Below are positions 27,475 through 41,179 of a stretch of 64,000 bases of DNA, in pieces (positions within the stretch are counted from its first letter, which is position 1; each line of letters starts with the position of its first letter). The DNA is taken from assembly GCA_045837725.1 (NCBI GenBank), contig JBEWZL010000282.1:248001-312000 (forward strand), read 5' to 3'. The notes under the pieces are model-generated. The model had not been told where the DNA came from and did no database searches. It saw only the letters and a list, made by a program, of their open reading frames with translations. This DNA is from Vermamoeba vermiformis. Taxonomy: Eukaryota. The translations under genes were made by a program, and so were the position numbers.

Positions 27475-29429
27475 TTACTCGATCTTCATCGCATCCGTCT
27501 TCGGCTCCTCTTCCATAGCATCGCTCTTCGGCTGTGAATCACTGCTCACTAAAGCGTTGGTGTTGGATTGAGCGTTGCTGTGTTCGGGTGATTGATGGTG
27601 GTTCGAGTGGTTCTCTTCGCGGCTTTGCTCGCCCTCAGCCAGCATCTTCTTGAATCGTTCTTCTTGAGCAGCGGGATCTATATCGAACTTCTCCAACAAC
27701 AGCTGGTTAGTGAACTTCAGATACTTGATCTCTTGTTGCATGTTTTCCATAATCTTCCTTTGACGCTCGATAACTCGTCTGTCTTCTTCGCGAGCAGCAC
27801 GCAACTCCTCAAACTTGTGCGAGAGGAAGCTACGAATGTCCGTGGTAGCGACAACAGGAGCTGCTTCAACAGGAGGGAGAACTAACGGCTTCTGTTTGAT
27901 AACGCTGCCGTCCTCAGCTCTAGCATACTTGCGCGGACGACCAGGACCTCGTTTACCGCCTTGGTCAAAAACTAAACCAGGAGATGAGGGCACGATTGGC
28001 GGAGAGCCAGCAGGCACGTAGTACTCGCCAGCCTCGTTAACCTTTCGTCGCTTGGAAGAAGTAAATGAACCAGCTTCGTTGTCACTTTCTGATGAGAAAC
28101 CAAAGAGTTCTTTCGAAGCACGTGTTAGCAAAGGGCAATCCACTTGATCGAATCGATCATTAATAGTACGTACCTCCTTCTAATTTTACAATATCGTCTT
28201 TCAAAACATCGATAACACTCATGGACTTCGACGAGGCCTTCTGCATTAAATTGGCCTTCTTATTTTTAACTTGATCAAATGTTTTTGTGTTTCCAATAGC
28301 GGCGCTTAACTCTTCCCAAATCTATCGATGAATCGTTAGTTGGCTTGTACGCGACGAGTACTCGCTAAGAACTTACTTGTTGGGGATCAGTCTTGCCACT
28401 TTCCAAAATTTTGAGCAGTTGACGGCTCTCTTGTAACGTCCAAAGTGCTCTTTCTTTAGCCTTCTTCTCATAATCTAAACATATATTAGATAGATGCCAC
28501 TAAAAGGGACTTTATGTGCGCGCGTACCAGGACTGCTATGCAAAGCGTTCAATTGTGATAAATCGACGCCAGCCTGAGCGAGTTGTTGTTGCTGTTGTTG
28601 AATTTGTTGTTGTAATTTAAGCTTTTGTTGCTGCAGGTGAGCTAAGATAACCTCCTCGGGCTAATATCTAGAATTAGTTCAACGCTCTAAGGATGTCTCC
28701 TCAAGTCGCTTACATCACCAGGGCGAGGCACCTTTCTTGGTCGACCACGTCCTCGCTTGCCCGGATAGGGACTCATAGAGCCTGCAGGTTGGCTTGTGTA
28801 TTGTGCAGCTGCCACTGATTCGGCGGCTGTTGGCATGACTTGTTGGAGTTGTTCATTTTGTTTTCGCAGCAACTACATAATATCGTTAGATACCGTCGGA
28901 TGGCAACTAATTAAACGCGCACGAACCTCCTCCAATTTTTTCTGTTTTTTGTTTCTGAGCTCCAAAAGTGCTTGTTGTTTCTTTTGTAATTCGTTAATAT
29001 CTAAGGCGTCAATATTATCTAAGTCAATATCGAGGTCTGCCAAATCCAAAGAATCTGAATCTGAGTCACTTTCTTCATCATATTCCTCTTGTTTGCTCTT
29101 CGTAACACCCAGGATGTTAGTAAACGGTACGCTGCTCATACGCGAGTAATACTTACCTCGCTTGCTTGGTCCTTTCGCAAGTCAGGCTTACTTTCAACGT
29201 CAATATCGAGATCGACATCTTCAGTATTTTGTGTAACGTCCTTGGAAGCATCAGAAGCGACGGCGGTGCTATTTTGTTCGGCTGACTGCGCGACTGGCGT
29301 TATATTAACAGGAGCCACAGGGACGGCTTGTGTTTGAGGTGCTGCAGCAGTGCCATTTTCGTGAGGAACGTGCGTTTCTCCCAAAGGCTTCACTTCTGCC
29401 GGCTGCGTGGTTACCGCGATATCGCTCAT
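27475..29429 (-). CDS. AT-hook and SANT/Myb-like DNA-binding protein with coiled coil
   Basis: Two AT-hooks (KRGRGRPRK, KRGPGRPRK); WTLQESRQLL...IWEELS...KTFDQVKNK SANT-like helix pattern; Q-rich segment. Confidence 0.75.
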
Positions 29430-30115
29430 TTATTCTGCCATTGAATAATTAATAATGATCATTTTTGCCAAGCTACAGCATAGAAAATATATAAAAAATC
29501 AATCGATAACAAAGAAGGGTTATTTTTAGGAGATAGAGCGAGATCCATCCAATCCCGCAGCAACTGACATCGAGACCAGTTTATGCGTTTAAAGTGATAT
29601 AAACAGTCATCGATAGCAGATACATATGTCCCCATTGAATTAAAAGCAAAAAAGTTATGATCAAGAAAAGAATCGAGAAAGATTCGGCCGAAGGAACTAA
29701 AGGTCTTATTCCTTCAATAGGCATTGCCGTATGGTAATGGAGCTAACGGAGCATTACCAAAAATCAACAACACTCCGAATCTTTCGCAATCCACGCGATT
29801 AGAAAAAACAAAAGACCGTTCGGTCGCATCTGATCGCTTACCTCCGTAAAACAAAAAGTTGAATAAAAGTAGCAAATAACGGTAAGAGAGTTCGAGGCCA
29901 ATAAGGCTTGTTCTCCGTTTGGTTACGTTGTGCCGTCTAAAATTAATAAAACGTGTATTTTATAAAGTTCATAAAAATTTCGGTCAAAGCTCGGTCAAAC
30001 TTCCGCTAGCTTCGAATAACAGAGGCAAAGAATTTTAGCGCTTTCGGAACAATGCTTTTCTTTTTTGCAATCCATTAATCATACATACACATTTGTTATA
30101 TATATTTTATAGACG

Positions 30116-33100
30116 ATGGGAAACGAAGTCTCCCGAACGGCTGCTCTCAAGCGCGTGTTCCAGAAGCTCGATGCCGGTACGTTACATTGATTTATTTTTC
30201 ATTATTTAGCAATCTTCCATATGCCATACAGCATATATTATCGATCTTATTCTTTTTGTCGACTTTGTGACCTGTTATACTGACTGATCGTCTTTTCGCC
30301 ATCCAGATCAACAGGGAGTGCTTACCCTCGATCAAATTCTATCTGTAAAAAAGATACCTGGTGTAACGCACCCTATTAGCAATTCTGCATTGCTATTGCT
30401 CCGCGTAAGTGGCACTGAGACTCGATAAAAATTACCCACGTTTTTTTGTATTATCAATAATAATAATTTTAATCGTTAATGTGTAGTTCGATGAATCCTT
30501 GGAAGGAACTATAAACTTCAAAGAGTTCAGAAACTTATTAGACCATATACGTAATGCAGAATTGAAGGCCAAGGGCCGAAAGAAGAAAAAGAGGTATTTA
30601 CAGCGTGCAGATGAAGCGTTTTAAATTGCCCTATACATGCCCATGATTGATTTATTACATTACGGACGATTTACGGCCCAAGCAGAATTAATTTACGTTG
30701 CATCTCAAACTGATCAACGTTATTTGGGCGAGGCAATGCTATTAACTCTTGAATTTTCCGTGACATCTTGATTACTAACTCCTTTTAATACAGAAATAAG
30801 TTAAAGGTTTGGAGCGCTGTTAGTAGAGATACAGGTAAGTCGTGTTGATATTTTGAATTTTTTTAAACTCGCGATCCGAAATTAATTTTTACGCCGTTTC
30901 GGAATCATGCTGACAAGTAAATGTTTAGTTACGAAATCAGAACTATCAAGAAACTCTGAAACGCCTGCTTGGACAGGAAGAAAGCCAGCAAGCAATCATG
31001 GTAAGTGTCATTTTAAATTTTAGCATCGGAAATTTCTGTACTATCCGAAAGCTTTGTCATTTTAATTATTTAGCGCGCAAGTTACTAATTGTAGCGAAGT
31101 AGGTTCTGACAGTGAAGAGTCAGATGAAGGCTCAGATAAAAGCTTAGAAAACGATGATTCACTTACAGAGGACATTGAAGAGACTCTGAAAGTAGAAGCA
31201 AAGGCTTTCTTTGATAAAATGATCAAAAGTGAAGAGGGACGCGAGAAATTTATTCAGTGGTTATGGAGATTGGTACGTGATTGAAATTTAAAATTTTTGT
31301 AACGGCTGATCTGACATCATTTCGCAGGCCGACACCGATAAGAACAATCTCGTAGCTGCTGACGAATTAACGTGCGTCCTGAAAGCATTGAGAGCTGATG
31401 GTATCAATCCTGAAAACTTAGTTTATGAAAACGATAACGACATTAAAGTAAGCCGGATGCGACAACTTTTTTTTTCGCTTTTAATTAACTATCGCATGAT
31501 TAGACGACCGATTTATCGAGGAAAGATCAAACTATTGCCAAGAAGTTATTAGAAGAATTTGATAAAGGACAGACCGGCTTCCTGACGCAAGAAGAGTTTA
31601 CCATTTTGGCCGATCTAATTTTGAAGAATTACGAAATCAAGTCAGAATATGAAGTAAGCGATTTATTTAGTCGTAGTAATAGGGACAAAGCTCAGGGGAG
31701 TCCACGAAGTTCGGATAAATTCAAATTAGATAGAATTGATTTCTTGTTTACAGCAATCTTTCTATGAAATTTCATTTAATTGCCAGCAGATTTGGCACCG
31801 CGAGCACATAATTTATCCTTTATATGGCTTATTAGCTTTGAATTGTTGACTTTTTTTTTGCTCGAAATTTGATTTTTCTTGCTGGATGTTGCTCAATTTC
31901 CGCGTTTTAAACAATTCTAATCGAATTTCGTGGCAAAATTCATGGATTAAAATGTTCTGTTTGAACGCAACCATTTCAGCTTCAATTTTAATCGGCAAGG
32001 CAAACTAATGAAATTTTTTAAATCGATCGATTTTTTGTTACGCGACAATTTTATCGCATTTTACTGGTAAGGTAGTTCTGCCTTGATTATTTTGCTTTAC
32101 TTTAACTTTACTCCGGGCTCTTAGTGGTTAGTTTTTAATATTAAAAACCCATCTTACCCTGGATCTCATTTAGTCTGGCGACATATTGGGAGATTACGAG
32201 CTCAAGCGGCGGTTGGGTCGCGGTGCCAGCGGTGAAGTGCGTCTTGCCGTGCATCACATCACTGGAGACCGAAGAGCTATCAAGATCTGTCCCAAAGGAA
32301 ACATCGCCTCGCTGGCTAGGCTAGACACTGAAATCAAAGTACGTGCCTTCGTGTTATTGCTATTAATGTCATAAGACTAACAAAGTTGATTTTATAGGCT
32401 ATGTTAATGTTACAACACAAGCATATTGTCTCGCTCTACGAAGTGCTCGAGTCTGAGGACAACGTGTTTTTTGTAATGGAACTGTGCGGAGGTGGCAGTC
32501 TCTACGAGTATATGGGCAACAAACCGCTCAGCGAAGATACCGCGCGATATTATTTCTCGCAAATTATCGAGGGTGTCAGCTACTCACACTCAATGGTAAG
32601 TTCTTGTTACCTCGCGTGCCTCGAATCTAATGGCGAAAATTTACTCACGGCGGCTATGACTAAACGATATTAACGTATCTTGTTTATAGGGAGTCGTGCA
32701 CCGTGACTTGAAACTTGACAACTTACTGTTGGACAACAACGCCAACATTAAGATTACGGACTTTGGTCACGCAGGCATCTTCCAAAAGGGTTGGGACTTG
32801 TTCTGCACGCCTACTGTCGGTGGTCTATGTCACGTGGCCCCTGAACAGCTGCTTGGCCAACCGTACAGCGGTGAAAAGAATGACATCTGGGGCCTCGGTG
32901 TCATTCTGTACATTCTGCTTGTCGGCTCATTACCGTTCAAAGGACAAGCTTATTTGGACAACATCCGCAATGGACGATACACCATTCCCGAGCACTTGTC
33001 ACCCGAAGTGCGCGACCTCATTTCAAACATGTTAGTTACGGATCCGAACGGTCGAATTGGCTGCAGAAAGATCATGAAGCACCCCTGGTTGACTATGGGC

Positions 33101-34334
33101 AAGAAGGATTCACCGAACTTGGATCGATTCCAATTGCCTATTCAGCCAGAAAAGGCTGTTTGGAACTTACCGGGCGGCAAGATCTGTGCTCTGTGTAATG
33201 TTCTTCGTGACTTGGAGATTGTCACTCTGCACCTGAATGATAAGCCGCAAGCCGAAAAAGATAGTAAGTCCTTTCTATTAATGTGCTTTATCGACTGGTA
33301 CTAATGTCTGTGCCTCAGAAATCCGGTGTCATTATCCCGAGAAAGAGCTCAAGTTCTATTTCAAGCTCAAACGAGACCCTCAGACCAATGAACAAGTACG
33401 TACTCCTATTGGGATGCTTTAATTAGGTGTGCTAATGTGCGTTTAGTTTTTCCGATTCAAGCTGGCCGAAGGTGAGAGTCGAGACTTTTTGGGAATCATG
33501 CCGAAGATTAGAATGGGCATTGAAGACGCCGAGAGGAATCTACAATCAGGCACAGCCAGCGTTAAGAACACTATTCAAATGCGACTTGGTACCAAGAAGT
33601 CCACAAAGAAGAACTTGGCTGATGTCGACAAAGAAACAAACGGAGCTAACAAAGACGACAAAGAAAAGACGTCGTCAAAGCGCAACCTGCAAGACGACGA
33701 AAAAGACAAGACATCGTCCAAGCGAAATCTGCAAGACGATGATAAAGACGAAAAAGATTCAAAGGACCGTCGTGAAAGTAAAAAGAATATCCACGATAAA
33801 GACGACAAAGACGGCCACGAAAAAGACAAAAAAGACAGCAAACGAACCTTGGATGCTAAGCACGATAAAGACCGAGATCATTCAGAGTCCCCTGATGAAG
33901 TCCGAAGTAGCAGGACCATTCGCGCGGACAAAGACAAGGATCACCATGACCGTGAAGTCCAGAGCGAAAAGATTTCAAAGCGAGCAACAATGGACGAGCG
34001 GTTATTGGACAAGAGCCGCGAGATTGAGAAGTTGAAAGAGATCCATGAAGACAAGCCTATGTCCACCGTCATTTCGAAGAAGCACGAGCAAGAAAACGGC
34101 AGCAGTACCAATGGCAGCAAACGGGCCATGGAGCGCAGTCGAGAGATTGAACGGCCAAAGGACAAGCACCACCGCGATGAGCTGCGGGGCAGTCAGTCTG
34201 ACATCCTGCGACGTCGAAAGAAACCAAAGCGTGCTTCGAAGAGGTCAATCAGTTCTGAGAGCTCAGAGACACATTCAACCTCTGAATCAATCGGTTCATC
34301 GAGTGGTTCTCGAAGGGACGGTGATCGAGATTAA
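30116..34334 (+). CDS. N-myristoylated EF-hand / CAMK-group (SNF1/CIPK-like) Ser/Thr kinase fusion with charged C-terminal tail
   Basis: MGNEVS N-terminus; four EF-hand-like loops (DADQQGVLTLDQ, DESLEGTINFKE, DTDKNNLVAADE, DKGQTGFLTQEE); kinase LGRGASGEV, AIK, HRDLKLDN, DFG, APE, DIWGLGVILY. Confidence 0.88.
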
Positions 34335-34534
34335 GTCTTCGTTGTAAATTTATTGTAATTAAGGAGCCAAAATGTAATAATTAAACTCTGTAATTACAAA
34401 TCGGAAATTAGGGTCTGTTGCAATTAACGGTTACAAAAAGCCATGCTGCTTTTTATTTATTCAACCCTAGCTGACCAACGGATCTGCTCCAGGAGCTTTG
34501 CTACAGTATTCGGCAAAGGATCCTTCACGGCAAT

Positions 34535-36268
34535 TTATATGGAGGCATTAACGAGCCGAGTCAATTTCAGCGATAGTTCACCGAGCGTAAAATTGTGCGG
34601 GAAGTACAATGAGACATCTCGGAGTGTCGTCAACGCTGTTAAGTGAACACACGCCGCGGAATTATCTTGGTGGTGGACTCGCAAAGCAGTTAAGTTGCTG
34701 AGTGCGGTCAGAAGAAGTAAATCGTCCTCGGTTTCGACCAGACCGGTTCCAATGGTAAGACTTTCAAGCGCAGTGAGCGTTGGCAATACAGCCCAATAGT
34801 TCTTAATGCCTGGCATAACTGCTTGCAGCAGAATCAATGGCAGCTTTGCTAGTACTGTGCAATCGAAAGTAGTCTGGTAACTTGGACGAGCAACGTTGTC
34901 GAAAACTAACGAAGTCAACTTCGTTAAATATTGAATATTCTCCCAAGTTTCTTGCTCCAGTTGCGAGTGACTAAAATCTAATGATTGAAGATTTGTAAGA
35001 CGCGTGATAGCTTGTGGTTCTATCTCGCATCAGTCAGAAATAAGCTCGTCAAGTTATGAAGATTTGACAGTGAGGAGATCCGTTCGTGCCTTGGCATTTT
35101 CAATCTCAATTCCAGTAAATTCGTCAAGCTGTTGAGTGGCTCAATAGCCGTTGTCTTGCACAGATCCGCATCGAGTTGTGTCAAATGAACCAAGTGTGAG
35201 ACGGCAGACAATTCAAACGGCACGCCTTCGCGCAAATTCAATGATAATTCTTGCAATGTCGTCGGGAATGACGCGACATCAGCGCCTTCAGAAGTGATGT
35301 AGAGCGTGTTCAATTGTGACAGGTTTGACAGTGACACGTTGCCACAATTGGGCAAGAATAGGACTAATCTTTCCATCTTTGAGAGCGTGGCCAAGCTGTC
35401 CAGCAGCACAGACACGTCAGTTTCCATGTTTGTTTGGACAAACAACTCCGTCAGATGATGGCTGAACTCGAGTCCTGTCAATTTTCCCGTGTCGCAGGTC
35501 AAATTCTCCAACCATGTAATGTGTCGAAGATCCACTGATCTGTCCTCGTCGATTCTGAGTGCTAGTTGCTTGAGTCTTGTTAATCTTGACAGCTCTTTGA
35601 GGGACTGACCGGTGGTGAGTATGTTCAGTTCTGTGACTGAGACTGGAAGCTGTCGTAAGGCCGTCTCTGTGGTGTCGAACGCTTCATAGTGCGGGCAGTG
35701 AGTTGCAACAAAATGAACGAAGTCGTCGGAGTCTTCTGTGTCGAAAGAATTGTAGCAGCGTTTCATTCGTGGAAAATGTTGCAAAAGTTTGGAAGGCACA
35801 ACACGTCTGTAACCCAAGTACAATGACTCCAAGTTGGTTAACGTTGATAATTTGAGGTATTCTTCGGGTTCTAGAGACCTTTGCTGGCTTGTTGAATGAT
35901 CACTCAAGGCAAATACTCTGAGCTGCGTTAAACGAGGGATGTGCTCTAAAACATCCCTGTCTGTAATGTTGACGAGGTTTTGAAGTGTTAACTCAATTGG
36001 ATATTGGTATTTTGATAACCGAGCAACGATTTGAGGCAGCAGAGTCGAGGATGCGAAGTTGAAGACAAAAGTCGAGTAGTTGATCCAGCGAAACCAGTCT
36101 GTGCTCGCCAATCGTGCAATGCGTGCATTTTTGTCGTCCAAAAATGACAAGATTAATTTGATTATTTCGTGTGGTAAGTGATCCTGTCAAAGAAAAATTA
36201 GAAAGAAATTGGAAAATCACCAAAAATATAAATCGCACGATTCTTTCTATATATTTATAACTCACCAT
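34535..36268 (-). CDS. F-box/leucine-rich-repeat protein (frameshift near 35030)
   Basis: ATG at 36268 followed directly by a GTGAGT...ACAG intron giving MDHLPHEIIKLILSFL...RLASTDW (F-box), then many LxxLxxLxxL repeats. Confidence 0.8.
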
Positions 36269-36538
36269 ATTTCAGGCATAGGCAGAACAATTATTAAAAC
36301 CTTTGCCTGTAAAATGGACGACGGTTTTGGAACTGCTAAAGTATTGAATAGTTGGTAGTAACGTTTGACAAGCCTTGTCTTGATCACAAGTACTTATTTC
36401 GGTAGATCTCTTTTGTTGCGCATAAAAATGGGGAACATTAGCCAATTATAAATTCAATTTACCCGAAGTTGTTTTTCATTAAACAAAAAAATCGTGACTT
36501 AAATGCCAGTTAGTGTCGCAAGATTTGATTAAAACACG

Positions 36539-38613
36539 ATGGAGCACAACACAGGTCCTGTTAACGCTATTTTAATTGGTTCGCGAGCCTGGAATAAAGA
36601 TTTGGATAGTGAGAAGTCCTCGAGCAAGTCGGATTGGGATCTAATTGTCACTGCTGAGCGGTTATCTGATTTACTTCGTATGTATTTATTAATGATAATG
36701 AAATTAGTTTAAGATGCTATTAATAACGGCAGTAAATACAAATGTACAGCCTATATTTTAATAATTTATTAATTATTTGATCTAATGGACCTTTAAATAA
36801 AAGACGGTCGAATGTTTTACCACTACCGATCACAATTAGAACAAGGCAAATTATCGGTTGTTTCGCAAACTGGAGCAAAAGTGGAATTTGAGATCATGGA
36901 AAAATTTGAAAGCGCGAAGGTCCTCAAAGCACTGTCTAAAGAACAAAAAAAGACGATCAAACTTCAAAACTTGTCTGTTCAAATTTATACCGGTCAAGCG
37001 ACTGTTGCGCGCGTCTGGGCAGCTGAAGCTAATATTCCAACAAAAGAAGCCCTTTTAGTGCTCAAAGCAAGTCATATCTATTTCCCGATCAATTGGCGCA
37101 AGAACTGTAAGTTTATAACCGATCGGATATCCGCGGCAGCAACTGATCCAGAACAGATCTATCGCGGCATAACTTCGGCAAGATCCACTTATTAACGGTA
37201 GTATTGCGCAGTTCTTCAGCTCGTATCAATGATGTCCTCGTTCTCAAAGAGCTTCAGCAAAGTGATCAAAGAAGATCCTCACTCATCATTGCTCAAAGAA
37301 CTGTTTCAAACACGAGCACGTGAGACACTTCATCGAGTCAAGTCACAAGTGCATCTCTCAGTTCAGCGAATTCATGCACCAACCATCAACCAGCTTCGAG
37401 ACTTGTGCAAAGGATGTTACGATCGTGAAGAGTTCATTTTTGCAGACATTTTGCAACTGAAAGAAGATCCGAGTGACACGTTCTATTTACCAACCACTGG
37501 ACTCAAACTGAGCAAGTCTGCGTGGTCGAAATATGGTGTAGACGTGACAGCTCACAAGTCTGGCGAAGTTGCTGGCAAGGCGCTGATAGTGCACGAACAA
37601 CTCGTCCTGTTGGCATTGCACTACTATCTGCCTCAACATCGAAGCTTTGGCTTCTTGTCGTAAGTCTCGGTCCATCACTAGGCGAACGGAATAACACTCC
37701 CAGTCATTTGTAACGATTTAATTTATAGAAAACTGAAAAAAGAAGATCAAATCAACGAGCTGTTCATGCTGTGTGTCGAGACATTTGTGACGCAGCAACT
37801 TGTGCCTGTCACTCGTACCACAGATCACCATCCTGAATACAAATCATGTATGTACATGCTGGTTGATGCGCATAACAATATCGACTAAACTGACGACTAT
37901 TCAGGCTTGCCTGTTGATGGTGCTGGTATTGCCCCAGACGTTTTCATCATTGATTTGTACGGTATGTCTCGTATTATTCCCAAACACAACACGTTACTTA
38001 TGTAGCACAATTAGAGACACTGCCATTAGCAACGAATGCAGAGCTGTCAAAAACAACATTCGCCAATCCAATCGTGAACTGGCTGCTCGACAATCTCAGC
38101 ACTGAATACGACACCATTCGACAGTCATTTGCAGCATTTGTGCAGTCTTGCATTGAAACACACAAAGATTTGTTCACTTACAAACAGTTCACCATTCATC
38201 TTCCCTTCGAGATCATCGACATGATCGAGTCATCCGTGCCAAATGATCACGTGCTTTTATCGAAACTTTGTCGAGTGTGCAAGTCATGGAACAAGTACTT
38301 CAGTGAAGACGCCAAGTGGGAGGCACTGTGCGACAGATTTGACGAACAGACTAAACAACTAGCGAGGGAAAATATCTCGTCGCATCAACGCTGCACTTGG
38401 AAGTTGGTGTTCAAGAATGCGCTCGAGTTAATGCAAACCACGCACAATATGCAGTACTGCCGACACTGTCGCAAGTTGCACCCGAGAGTGTTCAGCTATG
38501 ACGAAAGAAATAGCAAAACTGACGAAGCTTATTGGTCTTTGTGCGTCTGTCCTCTGTGTGATGCGGGTAGTTGGCGAGAATGTCCGTACTACCAGGACTT
38601 CTTTTACGCGTAA
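36539..38613 (+). CDS. Nucleotidyltransferase-like / F-box / Zn-finger protein, tandem copy 1
   Basis: ILIGSRAW...SDWDLIV (GS...DxD); LLVLKASHIYFPINWRKN; F-box LPFEIIDMI...LCRVCKSW...WEALC; CxxC...CxCxxC...C tail. Confidence 0.8.
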
Positions 38614-38840
38614 CACGTTGTAAATACAAAAAAACGTAAACATTAATTAAAAAGCAGCAGTGCAATTATTATCCTTCGTGAATCAATTACCTGGAAATTC
38701 GAGAATGGAGGCGGTTTTATGCTATAGTCACTATGTCCACAAATGCGTCGTTGTTGGTCATTGGTGATGCATTTTATGCATAAAAAAAATGTGACTTAAA
38801 CGGGACATTGTGTCTCAAGATTATTTTGTTTGTAAATACG

Positions 38841-40885
38841 ATGGAGCACAACACAAGTCCCATCGATGCTATTTTGATTGGTTCGCGAGCATGGAATAAA
38901 GATTTGGACTGCGAGAAGTCTTCGAGCAAGACGGATTGGGATCTAATTGTCACTGCTGAGCGGTTATCTGATTTAATACGCATGTAATTTAAATTATATT
39001 GTGAATTCGTTTAGTTTAAAACGGCGGTTATATTACTGAACGCTTACAATTTTGATTTTTCTAAAATTGCGTTGCTAATTATTAATTACCGTAAATATTA
39101 ACAGATGGCCGAACGTTTTACCACTACACACCACAATTGGAGCAAGGCAAATTATCGATTGTTTCGCAAACTGGAGAGAAAGTAGAATTCGAGCTTATGG
39201 AAAAATTTGAAAGCGCGAAGGTCCTCAAAGCACTGGTCAACAAAAGGAAAACAGTCACGATCCAAAATTTGTCTTTCCGAATGTTTTCTCATCAACCATA
39301 CACTCCGCGTATTTGGGCGGTTGAAGCGAACATTCCAACAAAAGAAGCACTGTTGGTCCTGAAAGCCAGTCATATCTACTTCCCGATCAATTGGCGCAAG
39401 AACTGTACGTTAAGCGATGCCGATCCAGACCAGATCTATCGCGGAATAACTCTTCGGCGAGATCCACTTATTAACTGTCATATTGTGCAGTTCTCCAGCT
39501 CGTGTCAATGATGTCCTCGTTCTCAAAGAGCTTCAGCAAAGTGATCAAAGAAGATCCTCACTCATCATTGCTCAAAGAACTGTTTCAAACACGAGCACGT
39601 GAGACACTTCATCGAGTCAAGTCACAAGTGCATCTCTCAGTTCAGCGAATTCATGCACCAACCATCGATCAGTTACGTGATTCATGCAAAGGTCGTTATG
39701 ATGGTGAAAGTTTCATTTTTGCAGACATTTTGCAACTGAAAGAAGATCCGAGTGACACTTTCTATTTGCCGACCACTGGACTCAAACTGAGCAAATCTGC
39801 GTGGTCGAAATATGGTGTAGACGTGACAGCTCACAAGTCTGGTGAAGTTGCTGGCAAGGCACTGATCTTGTACGAACAACTCGTCTTGTTGGCATTGCAC
39901 TACTACGTGCCTCAACATCGAAGCTTTGGCTTCTTGTCGTAAGTCCCCATGAGAATCATCATGGTGCATGAGAGTCAGCTAAGCACCTTTTGTAGGAAGT
40001 TCAAGAAAGAAGATCAAATCAACGAGCTGTTCATGCTGTGTGTCGAGACATTTGTGACACAACAACTTGTGCCTGTCACTCGTACCGCAGACCACCATTC
40101 TGAATACAAATCATGTATGCACATACAAACTCGTTGATACGCATAACAATATTGTCTAACGAATTACAACAGATTCTACCCCTGGGGCTGATATTGCCGC
40201 AGATGTGTACAGCATTGACTTATACGGTATGCCTCGTATTATTCCCAAACACACCTACGTCACTAACACAATGATATTAGAGACCTTGCCATTAGCATCG
40301 AACGCAGAGCTAGCAAAAACAACATTCGCCAATCCAATCGTGAACTGGCTGCTCGACAATCTCAGCACTGAATACGACACCATTCGACTGTCATTTGCAG
40401 CATTTGTGCAGTCTTGCATTGAAACACACAAAGATGTGTTCACTTACAAACAGTTCACCATTCATCTTCCCTTCGAGATCATCGATATGATCGCGTTGTC
40501 CGTGCCAAATGATCACGTGCTTTTGTCCAAACTTTGTCGAGTGTGCAAGTCTTGGAACAAGTACTTCAGTGAAGACGCCAAGTGGAAGCCTCTGTGCGAT
40601 AAATTTGATGACAAAGCAATGCAGATGGCGAGGAAACGTCTTGCTGAGAAGAGTGCACGCAGTCGCATTGATTGTAAAGCCTTGTTCGGTGAGGTGTACC
40701 AGTCTCTGCCAACCATTCACGCGATGCAGTACTGTCAGCATTGTCACGGCATGCACGCTAGAGTGAGCAACTATGACGAGAGAAATGTGAATGTTGAGGA
40801 AGGGCACGAGACCCGCTGCCTTTGTCCTGAATGCGATGTTAGTTGGCAGGATTGTAGGTACTACACGGACTTCTTTTTCGAGTAG
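38841..40885 (+). CDS. Nucleotidyltransferase-like / F-box / Zn-finger protein, tandem copy 2
   Basis: Same exon layout and motifs as copy 1 (ILIGSRAW...TDWDLIV; LPFEIIDMI; CQHC...CLCPEC...C). Confidence 0.8.
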
Positions 40886-41179
40886 ATAAATATTAAACAA
40901 TTTGATTTGGATGTGTGCGCGATTTAGCTAAAGATATGGCAAAACACTAATGTCCGTATTACCGCAGTTCGTTTATGCGTACGTGAACTAAAATTTGTGT
41001 CGTTTAAATCGAAAGATAAACATATTATTTTATCTTATCATCAGGTGGCGATCACACTTGATTTCAATCATTATAAGAATATTATCAGAATGCGATCTGT
41101 TCATTCCGCATAAACCTGTCAGTCCTTTCCTCATAAATTGCGATGCCGTTCACTTCGGGCATTGTAATGCCATATTACA

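Noticed and set aside
34460-34537. In-frame TAA followed by plausible coding sequence in the LRR gene, suggesting stop-codon reassignment
   Set aside because: TAA, TAG and TGA all terminate other genes in the window normally; an isolated case is more likely a true stop or a sequencing error.
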